Source: Pseudomonadota bacterium (lineage in GTDB: Bacteria > Pseudomonadota > Alphaproteobacteria > MPNO01 > UBA2964). Taken from it: 39,582 nucleotides of DNA. The notes beneath the pieces were generated by a model. The model was not told the origin of the DNA. It saw nothing but the letters and a program-made list of their open reading frames with translations, and searched no databases. This document shows positions 20,342-30,086 of the stretch, one piece after another. Position 1 is the stretch's first letter. Every line of letters starts with the position of its first letter. The translations under genes were made by a program, and so were the position numbers. The DNA is taken from positions 1 to 39,582 of the forward strand of contig JAQBTY010000002.1 in NCBI GenBank assembly GCA_027624735.1. Direction: 5' to 3'.

Positions 20342-21195
20342 TCGTTTCTGGTGCGGCCCGGGTGGCCGGCGTTATGGGATGGCCGGTCGATCATTCCTTG
20401 TCGCCCCGGTTGCATAATTATTGGCTGGATTTGTATGGGCTCGATGGCGTGTATGTGCCCATGGCCGTCAGGCCGGAGCGGCTCGAGGACGCGTTGCGCG
20501 CACTGCCGGCCCTTGGCTTTGCCGGGGCAAATTTGACGGTGCCACATAAGGAAGCGGCCCTGGAAATCGTTGATGTCTCGGACGACACGGCAAAACGAAT
20601 CGGAGCAGTGAATACTGTGGTGGTCCGGGCTGACGGATCGATCGAAGGTCGCAATACAGATAGTTATGGTTTTTTGCAGTCGGTGCGCGAAGGGGCGCCG
20701 CAATGGCAGGCTGCGGACGGTCCAGTGGCCCTGATCGGCGCTGGCGGCGCGGCGCGTGCGGTTTGCGTAGCCTTACAGGACGCCGGCGTCCCAGAAATCA
20801 GAGTCGTCAATAGAACCGCGGAGCGCGCCGACCGGCTGGCGGAGGAATTCGGGTCTCCCATAATCTCCGTGCCCTGGGCGCAACGGACAGAAGCGCTAGA
20901 CGGAATATCCTTGCTGGTCAACGCGACCGTCCTCGGGATGGGTGGCCAGCCCCCCCTTGATCTGGATCTGGATCTGTTGCCGCAATCGGCGGTGGTTACC
21001 GACATCGTTTATGTCCCGTTGAAGACGGCGCTTCTGTGTGATGCGGAAACAAGGAACAACCGTGTTGTTGACGGGCTTGGGATGCTGTTACATCAAGCCC
21101 GTCCCGCCTTCGCCGCCTGGTTTGGCCGCGATCCAGATATTACGCCGGCGTTGCGGGCGCATGTGCTGAATCAAGGTGAAAACCCACAGGGTTAG
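20338..21195 (+). CDS. aroE: Shikimate dehydrogenase
   Basis: SLSPRLHN, NLTVPHK and GAGGAARAV motifs. Confidence 0.93.
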   Translation: MIVSGAARVAGVMGWPVDHSLSPRLHNYWLDLYGLDGVYVPMAVRPERLEDALRALPALGFAGANLTVPHKEAALEIVDVSDDTAKRIGAVNTVVVRADGSIEGRNTDSYGFLQSVREGAPQWQAADGPVALIGAGGAARAVCVALQDAGVPEIRVVNRTAERADRLAEEFGSPIISVPWAQRTEALDGISLLVNATVLGMGGQPPLDLDLDLLPQSAVVTDIVYVPLKTALLCDAETRNNRVVDGLGMLLHQARPAFAAWFGRDPDITPALRAHVLNQGENPQG

Positions 21196-21206
21196 AAAAT
21201 AGGACC

Positions 21207-21860
21207 ATGATTATTCTTGGCTTAACGGGCTCAATTGGAATGGGCAAAACAACGGCGGCGGCAATGTTGCGCGCCATGGGTCTGCGGATCTGCGATTCCG
21301 ATGCCATTGTCCACAAGTTGCTGGGCAGAGGCGGTGGCGCCGTTAAGGCCATCAGCGCCGAATTCGACAATGTTGTCCGGGATGGGGCGGTCGACAGGGC
21401 AGCGCTTGGGCAGGCTGTGTTTTCTGATCCTGAAGCGCTAAAAAGGCTGGAAGCAATATTGCACCCGATGGTTCTGACCGCGCAGGCAAATTTCCTGAAA
21501 GCGGCGGCGCTAAACAATGCACCCATCGTGGTCCTGGATGTGCCGCTGCTATTTGAAGTTGGTACCGACAAGCGCTGCGACGCAGTTATTGTCGTGACGG
21601 CGCCCCGGTTTATACAGGAACAGCGCGTCTTGCGGCGCCCCGGGATGACACCGGAAAGGCTCCGTGCAACATTAGCGCGTCAAATGCCGGACGCGGAAAA
21701 GCGCCGCCGGGCGGATTTTGTCGTCCACACCGGGCTCGGGAAATGGCATAGTTACGGACGGTTACGGGAAATCGTCATGCAAATGCGCGGTCGGCGCGGA
21801 ACCAAATGGCCACCGGTTGGCCCAAGCTCCTGGGGAGGCTATGCGCGAAGTCGTTCTTGA
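21207..21860 (+). CDS. coaE: Dephospho-CoA kinase
   Basis: P-loop GLTGSIGMGKTT. The 3' tail overlaps dnaQ by 20 nt. Confidence 0.9.
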   Translation: MIILGLTGSIGMGKTTAAAMLRAMGLRICDSDAIVHKLLGRGGGAVKAISAEFDNVVRDGAVDRAALGQAVFSDPEALKRLEAILHPMVLTAQANFLKAAALNNAPIVVLDVPLLFEVGTDKRCDAVIVVTAPRFIQEQRVLRRPGMTPERLRATLARQMPDAEKRRRADFVVHTGLGKWHSYGRLREIVMQMRGRRGTKWPPVGPSSWGGYARSRS

Positions 21861-22512
21861 TACCGAAACAACCGGCCTGTCACCGGAAAAAGGTGATCGG
21901 TTGGTCGAAATCGGTTGCCTGGAACTCATCAACCATATGGCGACGGGCCAAACGTATCACTGCTATGTGAATCCCGGGATTACCATGCCGTCGGCAGCAC
22001 AGGACGTGCATGGGTTAAGTGATGAATTCCTGGCGGATAAACCGCTGTTCACCGCGGTGGCGGATGATTTTCTCGCCTTTGCCGGCGACGATCCGCTGAT
22101 TATTCATAATGCCTCCTTTGACATGGGCTTTATTAATGCGGAGCTCCGTCGGCTGAAAAGGCCGCCTTTGCCGATGTCGCGGGCAGTGGATACCGTATCC
22201 ATGGCACGCCAAAAATTTCCCGGGTCTCCAGCTAGCCTGGACGCGCTTTGCCGCCGCTTTGGAATAGATAATTCCGCCCGCACGCTGCATGGCGCTCTGC
22301 TCGACGCGGAACTTCTCGCCGAGGTTTATCTGGAGCTATGCGGCGGAAGACAGCCCGGCCTTGTTCTGGAGGCGGGCGACGTAGTTTCCAGCGCGACAGG
22401 CCGGGTAGAGAGAATCGCCCGGGAGCCCCGCACCTTTGCGCTTACTGACGCGGAACGAGACGCGCATCGGCAATTCATAACCAATCTGACCGATCCGATC
22501 TGGAACAAGTAA
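21841..22512 (+). CDS. dnaQ: DNA polymerase III epsilon subunit (3'-5' exonuclease)
   Basis: ExoI motif VLDTETTGL, IHNASFD and HGALLDAELLAEVY. Start trimmed to ATG 21841. Confidence 0.93.
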   Translation: MREVVLDTETTGLSPEKGDRLVEIGCLELINHMATGQTYHCYVNPGITMPSAAQDVHGLSDEFLADKPLFTAVADDFLAFAGDDPLIIHNASFDMGFINAELRRLKRPPLPMSRAVDTVSMARQKFPGSPASLDALCRRFGIDNSARTLHGALLDAELLAEVYLELCGGRQPGLVLEAGDVVSSATGRVERIAREPRTFALTDAERDAHRQFITNLTDPIWNK

Positions 22513-22523
22513 TGCGATCCGGC

Positions 22524-23027
22524 TCAGATATCGGCCCCATTGTCGGCGGCTGGGGGGCGCTGATTATGATAAAGCTGCATGAAATCGATCGGCTGGAGAA
22601 AAAGCGGTGGAAAACCCCCATCTCTCGTCACATCGGCGACGATATTGCGTGCAAAGGGGAACAGTAGGCGGGGACCTTCGATCAGCAGAATGGGCTGGAT
22701 GGCGTCATCGGGCACATTTGACAGAGCGATGATCGCGCCATAGGTCAATTCAACGATAAAGGCGGGGCCCTCATTCAGCTCCGCCTTGCCATGAATGATC
22801 AGGCAAACCTCGTAGCGGCCGTCTGAAATCATCCGGGCGCTGGTCGACACTTCGACACTGACTTGTGGGTTTTTCTGGATGGCGGTGGCTGATTTCGGGC
22901 CCATCGGATTTTCAAACGACAAATCCTTGATGTACTGGGCTTCGATACCGATATGCGGCGCTTCCGCGCCCTCGTCGTCGATGGTCGTCTCCGCTGCTGC
23001 GGCCGCATCGGCTGGTGTTTCTGCCAT
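22524..23027 (-). CDS. secB: Protein-export chaperone SecB
   Basis: QYIKDLSFENP and LLFPFARNIVADVTRDGGFPPL motifs. ATG 23027 is preceded by a GGAGA Shine-Dalgarno sequence. Confidence 0.92.
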   Translation of the reverse strand: MAETPADAAAAAETTIDDEGAEAPHIGIEAQYIKDLSFENPMGPKSATAIQKNPQVSVEVSTSARMISDGRYEVCLIIHGKAELNEGPAFIVELTYGAIIALSNVPDDAIQPILLIEGPRLLFPFARNIVADVTRDGGFPPLFLQPIDFMQLYHNQRPPAADNGADI

Positions 23028-23115
23028 AGGATTCTCCGGTGAAATTTGCGGCCTGTCGCTAACATGTATCAAGCGGGGCGACAAGCGTCACGGATATCGT
23101 GGGCGTCGGATAACG

Positions 23116-23616
23116 CTATCGGGGCGGTATCTTTCCGTCCTTGTCGGTCTCATCGGTCTTGTCTTGGTCGATTTCCCGAAATTTACCGTCAATCGTCGCC
23201 GGGCCATTGCCGCCCGGCCCCATCGGGTTCTCGGCCTTCGTCCAGGCGCCCGCCCGCCCGGACCGGGTCAGAAAAGACCATGCTATTTGCCGCAAGGTCC
23301 CTCTTACACGGGGGACGAAAAGAAGGAGCCCAAAGATATCGGTAACGAAGCCAGGCGTCAGTAACAGGCCGCCCGCCACCATTAAACAAAGCCCGTCGAA
23401 GACCTCCGATACCGGAAATACATTTTGATTTAAGCTTTCTTGTGCACGCTGCAGAGTCTGTAATCCCTGACTGCGGAGCAGCCATGTGCCAATCATGGCT
23501 GTAATGACGATCATAATAATTGTGTTCAAAACGCCGATACGGCCGCCAACCACAAGGAAAACGGCGATTTCAATAATCGGTACGGCGATAAAAGCCAGAA
23601 GGATAAATTTTGCCAT
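23116..23616 (-). CDS. fxsA: FxsA family membrane protein
   Basis: N-terminal transmembrane pattern IIEIAVFLVVGGRIGVLNT and the motif GGLLLTPGFVTD. Confidence 0.85.
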   Translation of the reverse strand: MAKFILLAFIAVPIIEIAVFLVVGGRIGVLNTIIMIVITAMIGTWLLRSQGLQTLQRAQESLNQNVFPVSEVFDGLCLMVAGGLLLTPGFVTDIFGLLLFVPRVRGTLRQIAWSFLTRSGRAGAWTKAENPMGPGGNGPATIDGKFREIDQDKTDETDKDGKIPPR

Positions 23617-23741
23617 GCTTGCGAATTGCTGCGGAAATCCCTAATTTCAAGTCTTGGCGGATGTCGGCGTCGACAATGGGGTATGGTTTATCCAAGCCCG
23701 TTGCCGCCGTCTAGCACTTCGCATTTATAATCGGAAAGCCC

Positions 23742-24431
23742 ATGGGCGACGGATTCTTAGATCTTATCCTCTTCGCGATGATCGCGGCGTTTCTCGTATT
23801 TCGTTTACGAAGCGTGCTTGGCCGTCGCACCGGTCACGAAAGGCCGCCGCCGGATCCGCTCGTCCAGCGACCGGGAGAGCCACCGACAAAAGACCCAAAA
23901 GACAATGTCGTTGATTTGCACGACCGGATCGAGCCGGTGGAAAAAGACGAAACCTTGGCGGCGGAAGATTCCGATGATCCGTTGGTCGCCGGTGTCGCGC
24001 AAGTTCGATCCGCTGATTCAAGCTTTAGCCCGGATACATTCTGCACAGGCGCCCAGGCGGCGTTCGAGATGGTCGTCCAGGCCTTCGCGGAGGGTGACCT
24101 CAAAACCTTGAGATCGCTCCTGAACGACGAAGTGTATGAAAATTTTTCAGTCGCCGTGAAGCAGCGCCAGGAAGCCGAAGAAGAACTGGAAACGACGGTG
24201 ATCAGCATCAAGAACGCGGATCTTCTCGAAGCGCGGGTTGAAGGCCGGATGGCCTTCGTCACGTTGAAGTTCCAGTCGGAGCAGGTCAATGTCACCCGCG
24301 ATAAGAGCGGCGAGGTCGTGGATGGAGATCCCACTCAGGTCACTACTGTTACGGACATCTGGACCTTTGCACGGAACACAAGGGCCAGGGATCCAAACTG
24401 GACTCTGGTTGAGACAAGAAGCTCCAATTAG
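23742..24431 (+). CDS. Tim44-like domain protein
   Basis: N-terminal transmembrane helix, a charged linker, and a C-terminal Tim44-type domain (FEMVVQAFAEGDLKTLRSLL...WTFAR). In the conserved alphaproteobacterial position next to secB and fxsA. Confidence 0.85.
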   Translation: MGDGFLDLILFAMIAAFLVFRLRSVLGRRTGHERPPPDPLVQRPGEPPTKDPKDNVVDLHDRIEPVEKDETLAAEDSDDPLVAGVAQVRSADSSFSPDTFCTGAQAAFEMVVQAFAEGDLKTLRSLLNDEVYENFSVAVKQRQEAEEELETTVISIKNADLLEARVEGRMAFVTLKFQSEQVNVTRDKSGEVVDGDPTQVTTVTDIWTFARNTRARDPNWTLVETRSSN

Positions 24432-25608
24432 CCGCATTTATCACAGTCTGTTCTTGGCTGCGTTTCTTTGCGCCGCCGCGGGCTGTGCGCCGCAGCCCGG
24501 GCTATCGCCACGGATTTCCGTTGAACCGGTAGAGTTCAAAACGCTTGAGGGATGGCGTGGCGACCAGCTTGCTGACGCGCTGGCGGCCTTCAGAAAAAGC
24601 TGCGACGTGCTGTTGCGGACACCGAACACGGACAAAGACAAACCGTTGCTCGTCGCGGGCAACGCTGTCGATTGGCGCCCCGCCTGCAATGCCGCCTCAA
24701 GCGTGGATGAAAAAAGCAGCGGCGCGGCGCGTGACTATTTTGAGAAATGGTTTACGCCCTTTGCCGTCCTGGACCGCAATGGCGATCGAGAGGGCTTGCT
24801 GACCGGCTATTACGAAGCCGAACTGCGCGGCGCCCGTCAGCCTGGCGGTCGCTATAAATTTCCACTGTATGGTCGGCCCGGCGACCTGGTTACCGCCGAT
24901 TTGGGTCAGTTTGATGCCGCGCTCACCGGGCGCAATGTTACCGGCCGCGTTTCAAACGGAAGGCTGCTTCCCTATCCCGATCGTAAATCAATCGATACCG
25001 GGCGCGACCCGGACAAGCTCAAGCCGCTGGTCTGGGTAGACAGCGCGATCGACGCCTTCTTTCTGCATATACAGGGCTCAGGCCGCGTCAAGCTTGCGGA
25101 GGGTGGTCTGATGCGGCTGGGATATGCCGCCAGCAACGGGCATGCCTACACCGCCATAGGGCGTACGCTGATCCAGCGCGGCGCCATCGCACGCGATCGT
25201 GTGTCGATGCAGACCATCCGGGCCTGGCTCGCGGCCAATCCTGACAAGGCGCCGGAGATTATGACGCAAAATGCGCGCTATATCTTTTTCCGCGAACTAG
25301 ACGGTAACGCGCCGGTTGGGGCGCAGGGTGTAGAATTGACCGCCGGGAGAAGCCTGGCGGTTGACCGACGTGCTGTACCGCTCGGAGCGCCGCTATGGGT
25401 TGATACGCAAGACCCGATCGATCCCCATCAACCCTATAGAAGACTTTTGATCGCCCAGGATGTCGGGCATGCCATCAAGGGCGGAATCCGGGGCGATATA
25501 TTTTTTGGCCACGGCCACCTTGCTGCGCGCCAAGCCGGGTTGATGAAGCAGCGGGGCCGCTATTACATCTTGTTGCCAAAGCCGAAAGCGGCGCCCCCCG
25601 CGTCATGA
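24409..25608 (+). CDS. mltA: Membrane-bound lytic murein transglycosylase A
   Basis: Lipobox FLCAAAGC, TGYYEAELRG..YKFPLYGRPGDLV and the 3D-domain-like motif DVGHAIKGGIRGDIFFG. The start is uncertain. TTG 24409 is the only plausible start that keeps the signal peptide; the track start at 24289 overlaps the Tim44-like gene. Confidence 0.85.
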   Translation: MRQEAPISRIYHSLFLAAFLCAAAGCAPQPGLSPRISVEPVEFKTLEGWRGDQLADALAAFRKSCDVLLRTPNTDKDKPLLVAGNAVDWRPACNAASSVDEKSSGAARDYFEKWFTPFAVLDRNGDREGLLTGYYEAELRGARQPGGRYKFPLYGRPGDLVTADLGQFDAALTGRNVTGRVSNGRLLPYPDRKSIDTGRDPDKLKPLVWVDSAIDAFFLHIQGSGRVKLAEGGLMRLGYAASNGHAYTAIGRTLIQRGAIARDRVSMQTIRAWLAANPDKAPEIMTQNARYIFFRELDGNAPVGAQGVELTAGRSLAVDRRAVPLGAPLWVDTQDPIDPHQPYRRLLIAQDVGHAIKGGIRGDIFFGHGHLAARQAGLMKQRGRYYILLPKPKAAPPAS

Positions 25609-26579
25609 AGGTTTTTGCCGGTACAATCGCCTTTACGCTCGTCTTCGTAATTCTAAGCGGGACGGGACGATCGGAACCCCTTTCGGTGCGGGCAAACGCG
25701 GTTAATCTGCATGATGAAAACGATCAGATTAGACGGGTTGGCTCCCTGATTTTCAGGGGCGGTCTCCATCTGACGTCGCCGGAGCCGCGGTTTGGCGGCC
25801 TCTCCGGTCTTGCTATTTCGGCGGACGGAAGCCAGCTCAGCGCCGTCACGGACAGGGGCGATTGGGTGCGGTTTGCCCCCGTCGCAACACGATCGGGCCA
25901 ATTAACCGGCCTTGATCGCGCACAAATTGGGCGCCTGCTGAATCTCGATGGGAAACCACTTCGCGGAAAGCGCGATAGCGATGCGGAATCATTGAGCGTG
26001 ATCGATGGTGGTTTCGCTGTTGCTTTCGAGCGCCGTCACCGGCTGTGGCTCTATCGCGGCACGCCGAATCCCTTTCTGTCCCGCCCAACCGACATGATCC
26101 TGCCGGCCCTGTCCCAGGCGATGCCGCCCAATGCGGGGGTGGAAGTGCTGGCGCGGTTGCGTGACGGAAGAGTGATCGCGATTTCGGAAGATTTTCCTAG
26201 GGACGCTTCCTACGCGCAGGGCTGGATTTTTGAAGAAAGGCGATGGCGCGGCTTTCGCTATTCGCGCCATGCCCTGTTTCTGCCGGCTGGCGCCACGACC
26301 CTGCCCGGCGGCGATCTTCTGGTTCTTGAAAGACGGTTTAGTTATATCGGCGGATTCGGAACGCGGCTGGTTGTTCTGTCGCCCAAATCGATCAGGCCGG
26401 GCGCCGAGGTAACCGGGCAGGAAGTGGCGCGGTTTGAGGAACCCCTGATAACGGAGAATTTCGAGGGCATCGCGAGCTATCGGAATGGCGCCGGCGAAAC
26501 GGTCCTGTATCTGATTTCCGACGACAATTTTAATGCGCTGCAAAGGACCATTTTGCTCAAATTCACTCTTGAGAGGTAG
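25605..26579 (+). CDS. Secreted protein, esterase-like activity of phytase family
   Basis: Signal peptide, GGLSGL and ENFEGIA...LISDDNF motifs as I recall for Pfam Phytase-like. ATGA overlap with the mltA stop. Confidence 0.6.
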   Translation: MKVFAGTIAFTLVFVILSGTGRSEPLSVRANAVNLHDENDQIRRVGSLIFRGGLHLTSPEPRFGGLSGLAISADGSQLSAVTDRGDWVRFAPVATRSGQLTGLDRAQIGRLLNLDGKPLRGKRDSDAESLSVIDGGFAVAFERRHRLWLYRGTPNPFLSRPTDMILPALSQAMPPNAGVEVLARLRDGRVIAISEDFPRDASYAQGWIFEERRWRGFRYSRHALFLPAGATTLPGGDLLVLERRFSYIGGFGTRLVVLSPKSIRPGAEVTGQEVARFEEPLITENFEGIASYRNGAGETVLYLISDDNFNALQRTILLKFTLER

Positions 26580-26598
26580 GCGACAGTTGCTTGATTTA

Positions 26599-26637
26599 CG
26601 CGGTCCGAAACGTCATCTTCGCTGGGCCGCGAATTTT
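26599..26637 (+). terminator. Possible intrinsic terminator after the phytase-like gene
   Basis: CGCGGTCC-(17-nt loop)-GGGCCGCG (one mismatch) followed by AATTTT. The loop is large, so this is weak. Confidence 0.3.
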
Positions 26638-26650
26638 AAAAGGATAACGG

Positions 26651-27427
26651 ATGATTGGTCAGGGACCGAAAGTCGCGCTGCTGGTTACCTGCCTGGTCGA
26701 TTCTTGGCGGCCCTCGGTCGGGTTTGCCGCTGTCAGATTGCTGGAAGAATCCGGGTGTCGCGTGTCGGTGCCGGCAGGGCAAACCTGCTGCGGGCAGCCT
26801 GCCTACAATAGCGGCGACCGGGCGGATGCGCGGGCGGTCGCGCGGCAGGTCATCGACGAATTTGAAAGCTTCGATTACATCGTGGCGCCGTCGGGATCCT
26901 GCGCCGGCATGGTGCGGCGTCATTATGCGGACCTGTTTGATGATGATCCGTTGCTTGCCGAACGGGCCCGCCGCCTGGCGGACAAGACCTGGGAACTTGT
27001 GTCCTTTTTGACCGATGTCCGTGGCTGGGAGACCGCGCCCGGCAAATTCAGCGGGTGCGTGACCTATCACGACGGCTGTTCCGGCCTGCGTGAACTGGGT
27101 ATCAAGGATCAGCCGCGCCGCTTGCTTGAAGCGATGGCTGGCGTGACAATAGCGGAACATGACGAAGCGGAAGTTTGCTGCGGGTTTGGCGGCACGTTTT
27201 GTGTAAAATACCCCGAAATCTCGACCGCCATGGTCGATGCAAAAATCGCGTCCATTGAAAAGTCGGGCGCCGACACGGTTCTGGCCGGCGATCTCGGCTG
27301 CCTGCTCAATATAGCGGGCCGCCTATCCCGACGCGGCGGCAAGATTCAGGTCCGGCATGTCGCGGAACTTTTGGCCGATATGACCGACGGCCCGCCCATC
27401 GCCGGGGCGGTTGAGGGGCGGCGCTGA
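26651..27427 (+). CDS. lutA: Lactate utilization protein A (Fe-S oxidoreductase, CCG domains)
   Basis: Two CCG-type motifs (QTCCGQPAYNSG and EVCCGFGGTF), followed by lutB and lutC. Confidence 0.88.
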   Translation: MIGQGPKVALLVTCLVDSWRPSVGFAAVRLLEESGCRVSVPAGQTCCGQPAYNSGDRADARAVARQVIDEFESFDYIVAPSGSCAGMVRRHYADLFDDDPLLAERARRLADKTWELVSFLTDVRGWETAPGKFSGCVTYHDGCSGLRELGIKDQPRRLLEAMAGVTIAEHDEAEVCCGFGGTFCVKYPEISTAMVDAKIASIEKSGADTVLAGDLGCLLNIAGRLSRRGGKIQVRHVAELLADMTDGPPIAGAVEGRR

Positions 27428-27432
27428 CTTTC

Positions 27433-28863
27433 ATGCAAGCCGATCCCACCGCTTTTTCGACGAACGCAAGGCTTGCCCTTGAAGATACCATATTGCAGCA
27501 GGCTCTTGGTAAGCTGCAGGGCGATTTCCGGCGTGACCGTGCGGCCATGCTGTCCCGCTTGCCGGAATTCGATGCCCTGCGTGACCAGGCGCGCACGATC
27601 AAGGATCATGCGCTGGATCATCTTGCTGACTATCTGGAACAGTTTGAGGAACGTGTGGTGGCGCGCGGCGGGTCCGTGCATTGGTGTGAAGATGCGGCGG
27701 CAGCGCAGGAGACAATTTTGCGGCTGTGCCGTCAATCGGGCGGATCGCGGATCGTCAAAGGCAAATCGATGGTGTCGGAAGAAATCGGCCTCAACGATTA
27801 TCTCGGTAAAAATGGTCTCGATCCGGTGGAGACAGATCTCGGGGAATATATTCTTCAGCTTCGCGGCGAACGCCCCAGCCATGTGGTGATGCCGGCGATT
27901 CATCTAAACGCCCGCCAGGTGGGCGACGCCTTTCGCGATGGCCATACCGATCTCGCGCCGTCGCGAAGCCTGGACCATCCTGATGATCTTTTGGCGGAAG
28001 CGCGCGCCAGGCTGCGCCAGAAGTTTCTCGATGCCGATGTGGGGATAACGGGCGCCAATTTTCTGGTTGCCGAGACCGGATCGATTGTTCTGGTGACCAA
28101 TGAAGGGAATGGCGATCTGGTTCACACGTTGTCGGGCACCCATATCGTGCTCGCCGGTATCGAAAAAGTCGTTCCGACCCTGTCGGACGCGTTTGGCCTG
28201 GTGCGGGTTCTCGCACGATCGGCGACGACCCAGGAAATCACCAGCTATACATCAATTGTTTCCGGGCCGCGCCAGGCGGACGACCCCGACGGGCCGGCAT
28301 CGTTCCATGTGGTGCTGGTCGACAACGGGCGAAGTAAATTGCTTGCCAGCGCGTTTCGCGATGTGTTGCGCTGTATCCGTTGCGGCGCCTGTCAAAGCCT
28401 TTGTCCGGTGTATGGCGCGGTCGGCGGCCATGCCTATGGCGCGGTCTATGCCGGACCGATCGGCTCGGTACTGACACCGGCCTTGGTCGGCCTCAAAGCG
28501 GCGAAACCCCTGCCTGAAGCGTCGAGCCTCTGTGGTCAATGCCAGGATGTTTGCCCGGTTCACATTCCGTTGCCCGCCTTGTTGCGTCGGTGGCGGGAAA
28601 AGATCTTCGACGACCCGGCGCTTTCAGACACGACCCGAACGGGAATAAAAATCTGGTCCTTTGCCACTCGCCGTCCAACGCTGTACCGATTATTTCAAAG
28701 GCTCGCGGTTGCGCTGCTCGCAGGCATGGGCCGGAAATCCGGTTATATCCGCCAGCTACCGCTGGCGGGCGGCTGGACGGGCGCGCGCGATCTTCCCGCG
28801 CCACAAGGCGGCACCTTTATGAGCCAATGGCGCCGTCGCCAGGGTAAGGAGCCGCAACCGTGA
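27433..28863 (+). CDS. lutB: Lactate utilization protein B (4Fe-4S binding)
   Basis: CIRCGACQSLCPVY and CGQCQDVCPV ferredoxin motifs plus a LUD domain; 476 aa. Confidence 0.9.
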   Translation: MQADPTAFSTNARLALEDTILQQALGKLQGDFRRDRAAMLSRLPEFDALRDQARTIKDHALDHLADYLEQFEERVVARGGSVHWCEDAAAAQETILRLCRQSGGSRIVKGKSMVSEEIGLNDYLGKNGLDPVETDLGEYILQLRGERPSHVVMPAIHLNARQVGDAFRDGHTDLAPSRSLDHPDDLLAEARARLRQKFLDADVGITGANFLVAETGSIVLVTNEGNGDLVHTLSGTHIVLAGIEKVVPTLSDAFGLVRVLARSATTQEITSYTSIVSGPRQADDPDGPASFHVVLVDNGRSKLLASAFRDVLRCIRCGACQSLCPVYGAVGGHAYGAVYAGPIGSVLTPALVGLKAAKPLPEASSLCGQCQDVCPVHIPLPALLRRWREKIFDDPALSDTTRTGIKIWSFATRRPTLYRLFQRLAVALLAGMGRKSGYIRQLPLAGGWTGARDLPAPQGGTFMSQWRRRQGKEPQP

Positions 28864-29516
28864 CCGATGCGCGCGCCGCCATACTGGGCAGGCTGCGTGG
28901 CGCCATTGCAGGGCGTCGCGCGGCTGGCCCCGCAACCCCTCGGCCGGAAACTTATATACGGCCCTTGCGTGCCCGCGGCGCTCAGCCAGAGCTCGTAGCG
29001 CGGTTTCGCGAGATGGCGCTTTTTGCCGGGGCCAGCGTCGCCACAATAGTCAACGATGCGGCGGCGCCGTCAGCGGTCGCTCGCTATCTGTCGCGCGAGG
29101 GGCTGGGTGACCAGCTCATCCTGTCGCCGTCGGAACGGATACTTCGGATGCCATGGAAGGGAACGCCCCGGCTGTCGGTGCGCCGGTCGCAATTTGGCCC
29201 CGGTGATCGCGTCGCGGTAACGGAAGCGGTCGCCGGTGTCGCCGAAACCGGAACTCTCCTTGTTCGGTCAGGGGCTGATTCGCCAAACGTGCTGCATCTT
29301 CTGCCGGAAGCACATATTGCAATTCTCGACAGCGCCATGATTGTCGGTAGCTATGAAGACGCGCTTGAAATACTCGGACGGGAAAAGGCCTGGCCGCGCG
29401 CCGCTACATTTATCACTGGCCCGTCGCGTACCGCCGATATAGAAAAAACACCTCAAATTGGGGTTCATGGCCCCCGTAAGCTGCACATAGTCCTGATCCA
29501 TGGCGAAGACACCTAA
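28860..29516 (+). CDS. lutC: Lactate utilization protein C (LUD domain)
   Basis: GTG start overlaps the lutB stop (GTGA). Size and position fit LutC. Confidence 0.8.
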   Translation: MTDARAAILGRLRGAIAGRRAAGPATPRPETYIRPLRARGAQPELVARFREMALFAGASVATIVNDAAAPSAVARYLSREGLGDQLILSPSERILRMPWKGTPRLSVRRSQFGPGDRVAVTEAVAGVAETGTLLVRSGADSPNVLHLLPEAHIAILDSAMIVGSYEDALEILGREKAWPRAATFITGPSRTADIEKTPQIGVHGPRKLHIVLIHGEDT

Positions 29517-30072
29517 GCCAAGAAAATCACCGCCTGGAAAACCCGCGTTAACCGGCGACGAAGCGGACTTGTTCGATTCCGTCATGCGCGATGTTAAAAA
29601 ACTCGACGGTAAACGCAGCAGACCCGTTTCTACGCCAAAGGCGATTTCTTCGGTGCGGAAGCCATCTCCCCCAAGCGAAAGGCCGCTGTCGACACCGCCG
29701 TTAAAATCAATTGCCGCCTTGCCGTCCCTGGCGGCGGGCACATCGGCCGATGTGGATTCCCGGACCATGGACCGCTTGCGCCGTGGCCGCCTGCGGCCGG
29801 AAGCACGGCTAGATCTTCATGGCATGACACAGGACAAAGCGCATCGTGCGCTCAACCTGTTTATTGCCGAGGCACAATCGTCCGGGGTTCGCAGCATAAT
29901 CATCATTACCGGCAAGGGGCGGATCAGCGAAGGCGGCGGCGTGTTGCGCAATCAGGTGCCGCAATGGCTCAACGCGCCCGGCATCCGGCCGAGCATTCTG
30001 GCTTTTTCTCCCGCTCAGCCCAAGGATGGTGGAGCGGGGGCTTTATACGTGTTGCTGCGCAGGCGGCGCTGA
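29500..30072 (+). CDS. smr: Smr domain protein
   Basis: C-terminal Smr motif LDLHGMTQDKAHRAL...IITGKG. Confidence 0.85.
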   Translation: MAKTPKPRKSPPGKPALTGDEADLFDSVMRDVKKLDGKRSRPVSTPKAISSVRKPSPPSERPLSTPPLKSIAALPSLAAGTSADVDSRTMDRLRRGRLRPEARLDLHGMTQDKAHRALNLFIAEAQSSGVRSIIIITGKGRISEGGGVLRNQVPQWLNAPGIRPSILAFSPAQPKDGGAGALYVLLRRRR

Positions 30073-30086
30073 CTAACGGAGCCAGG

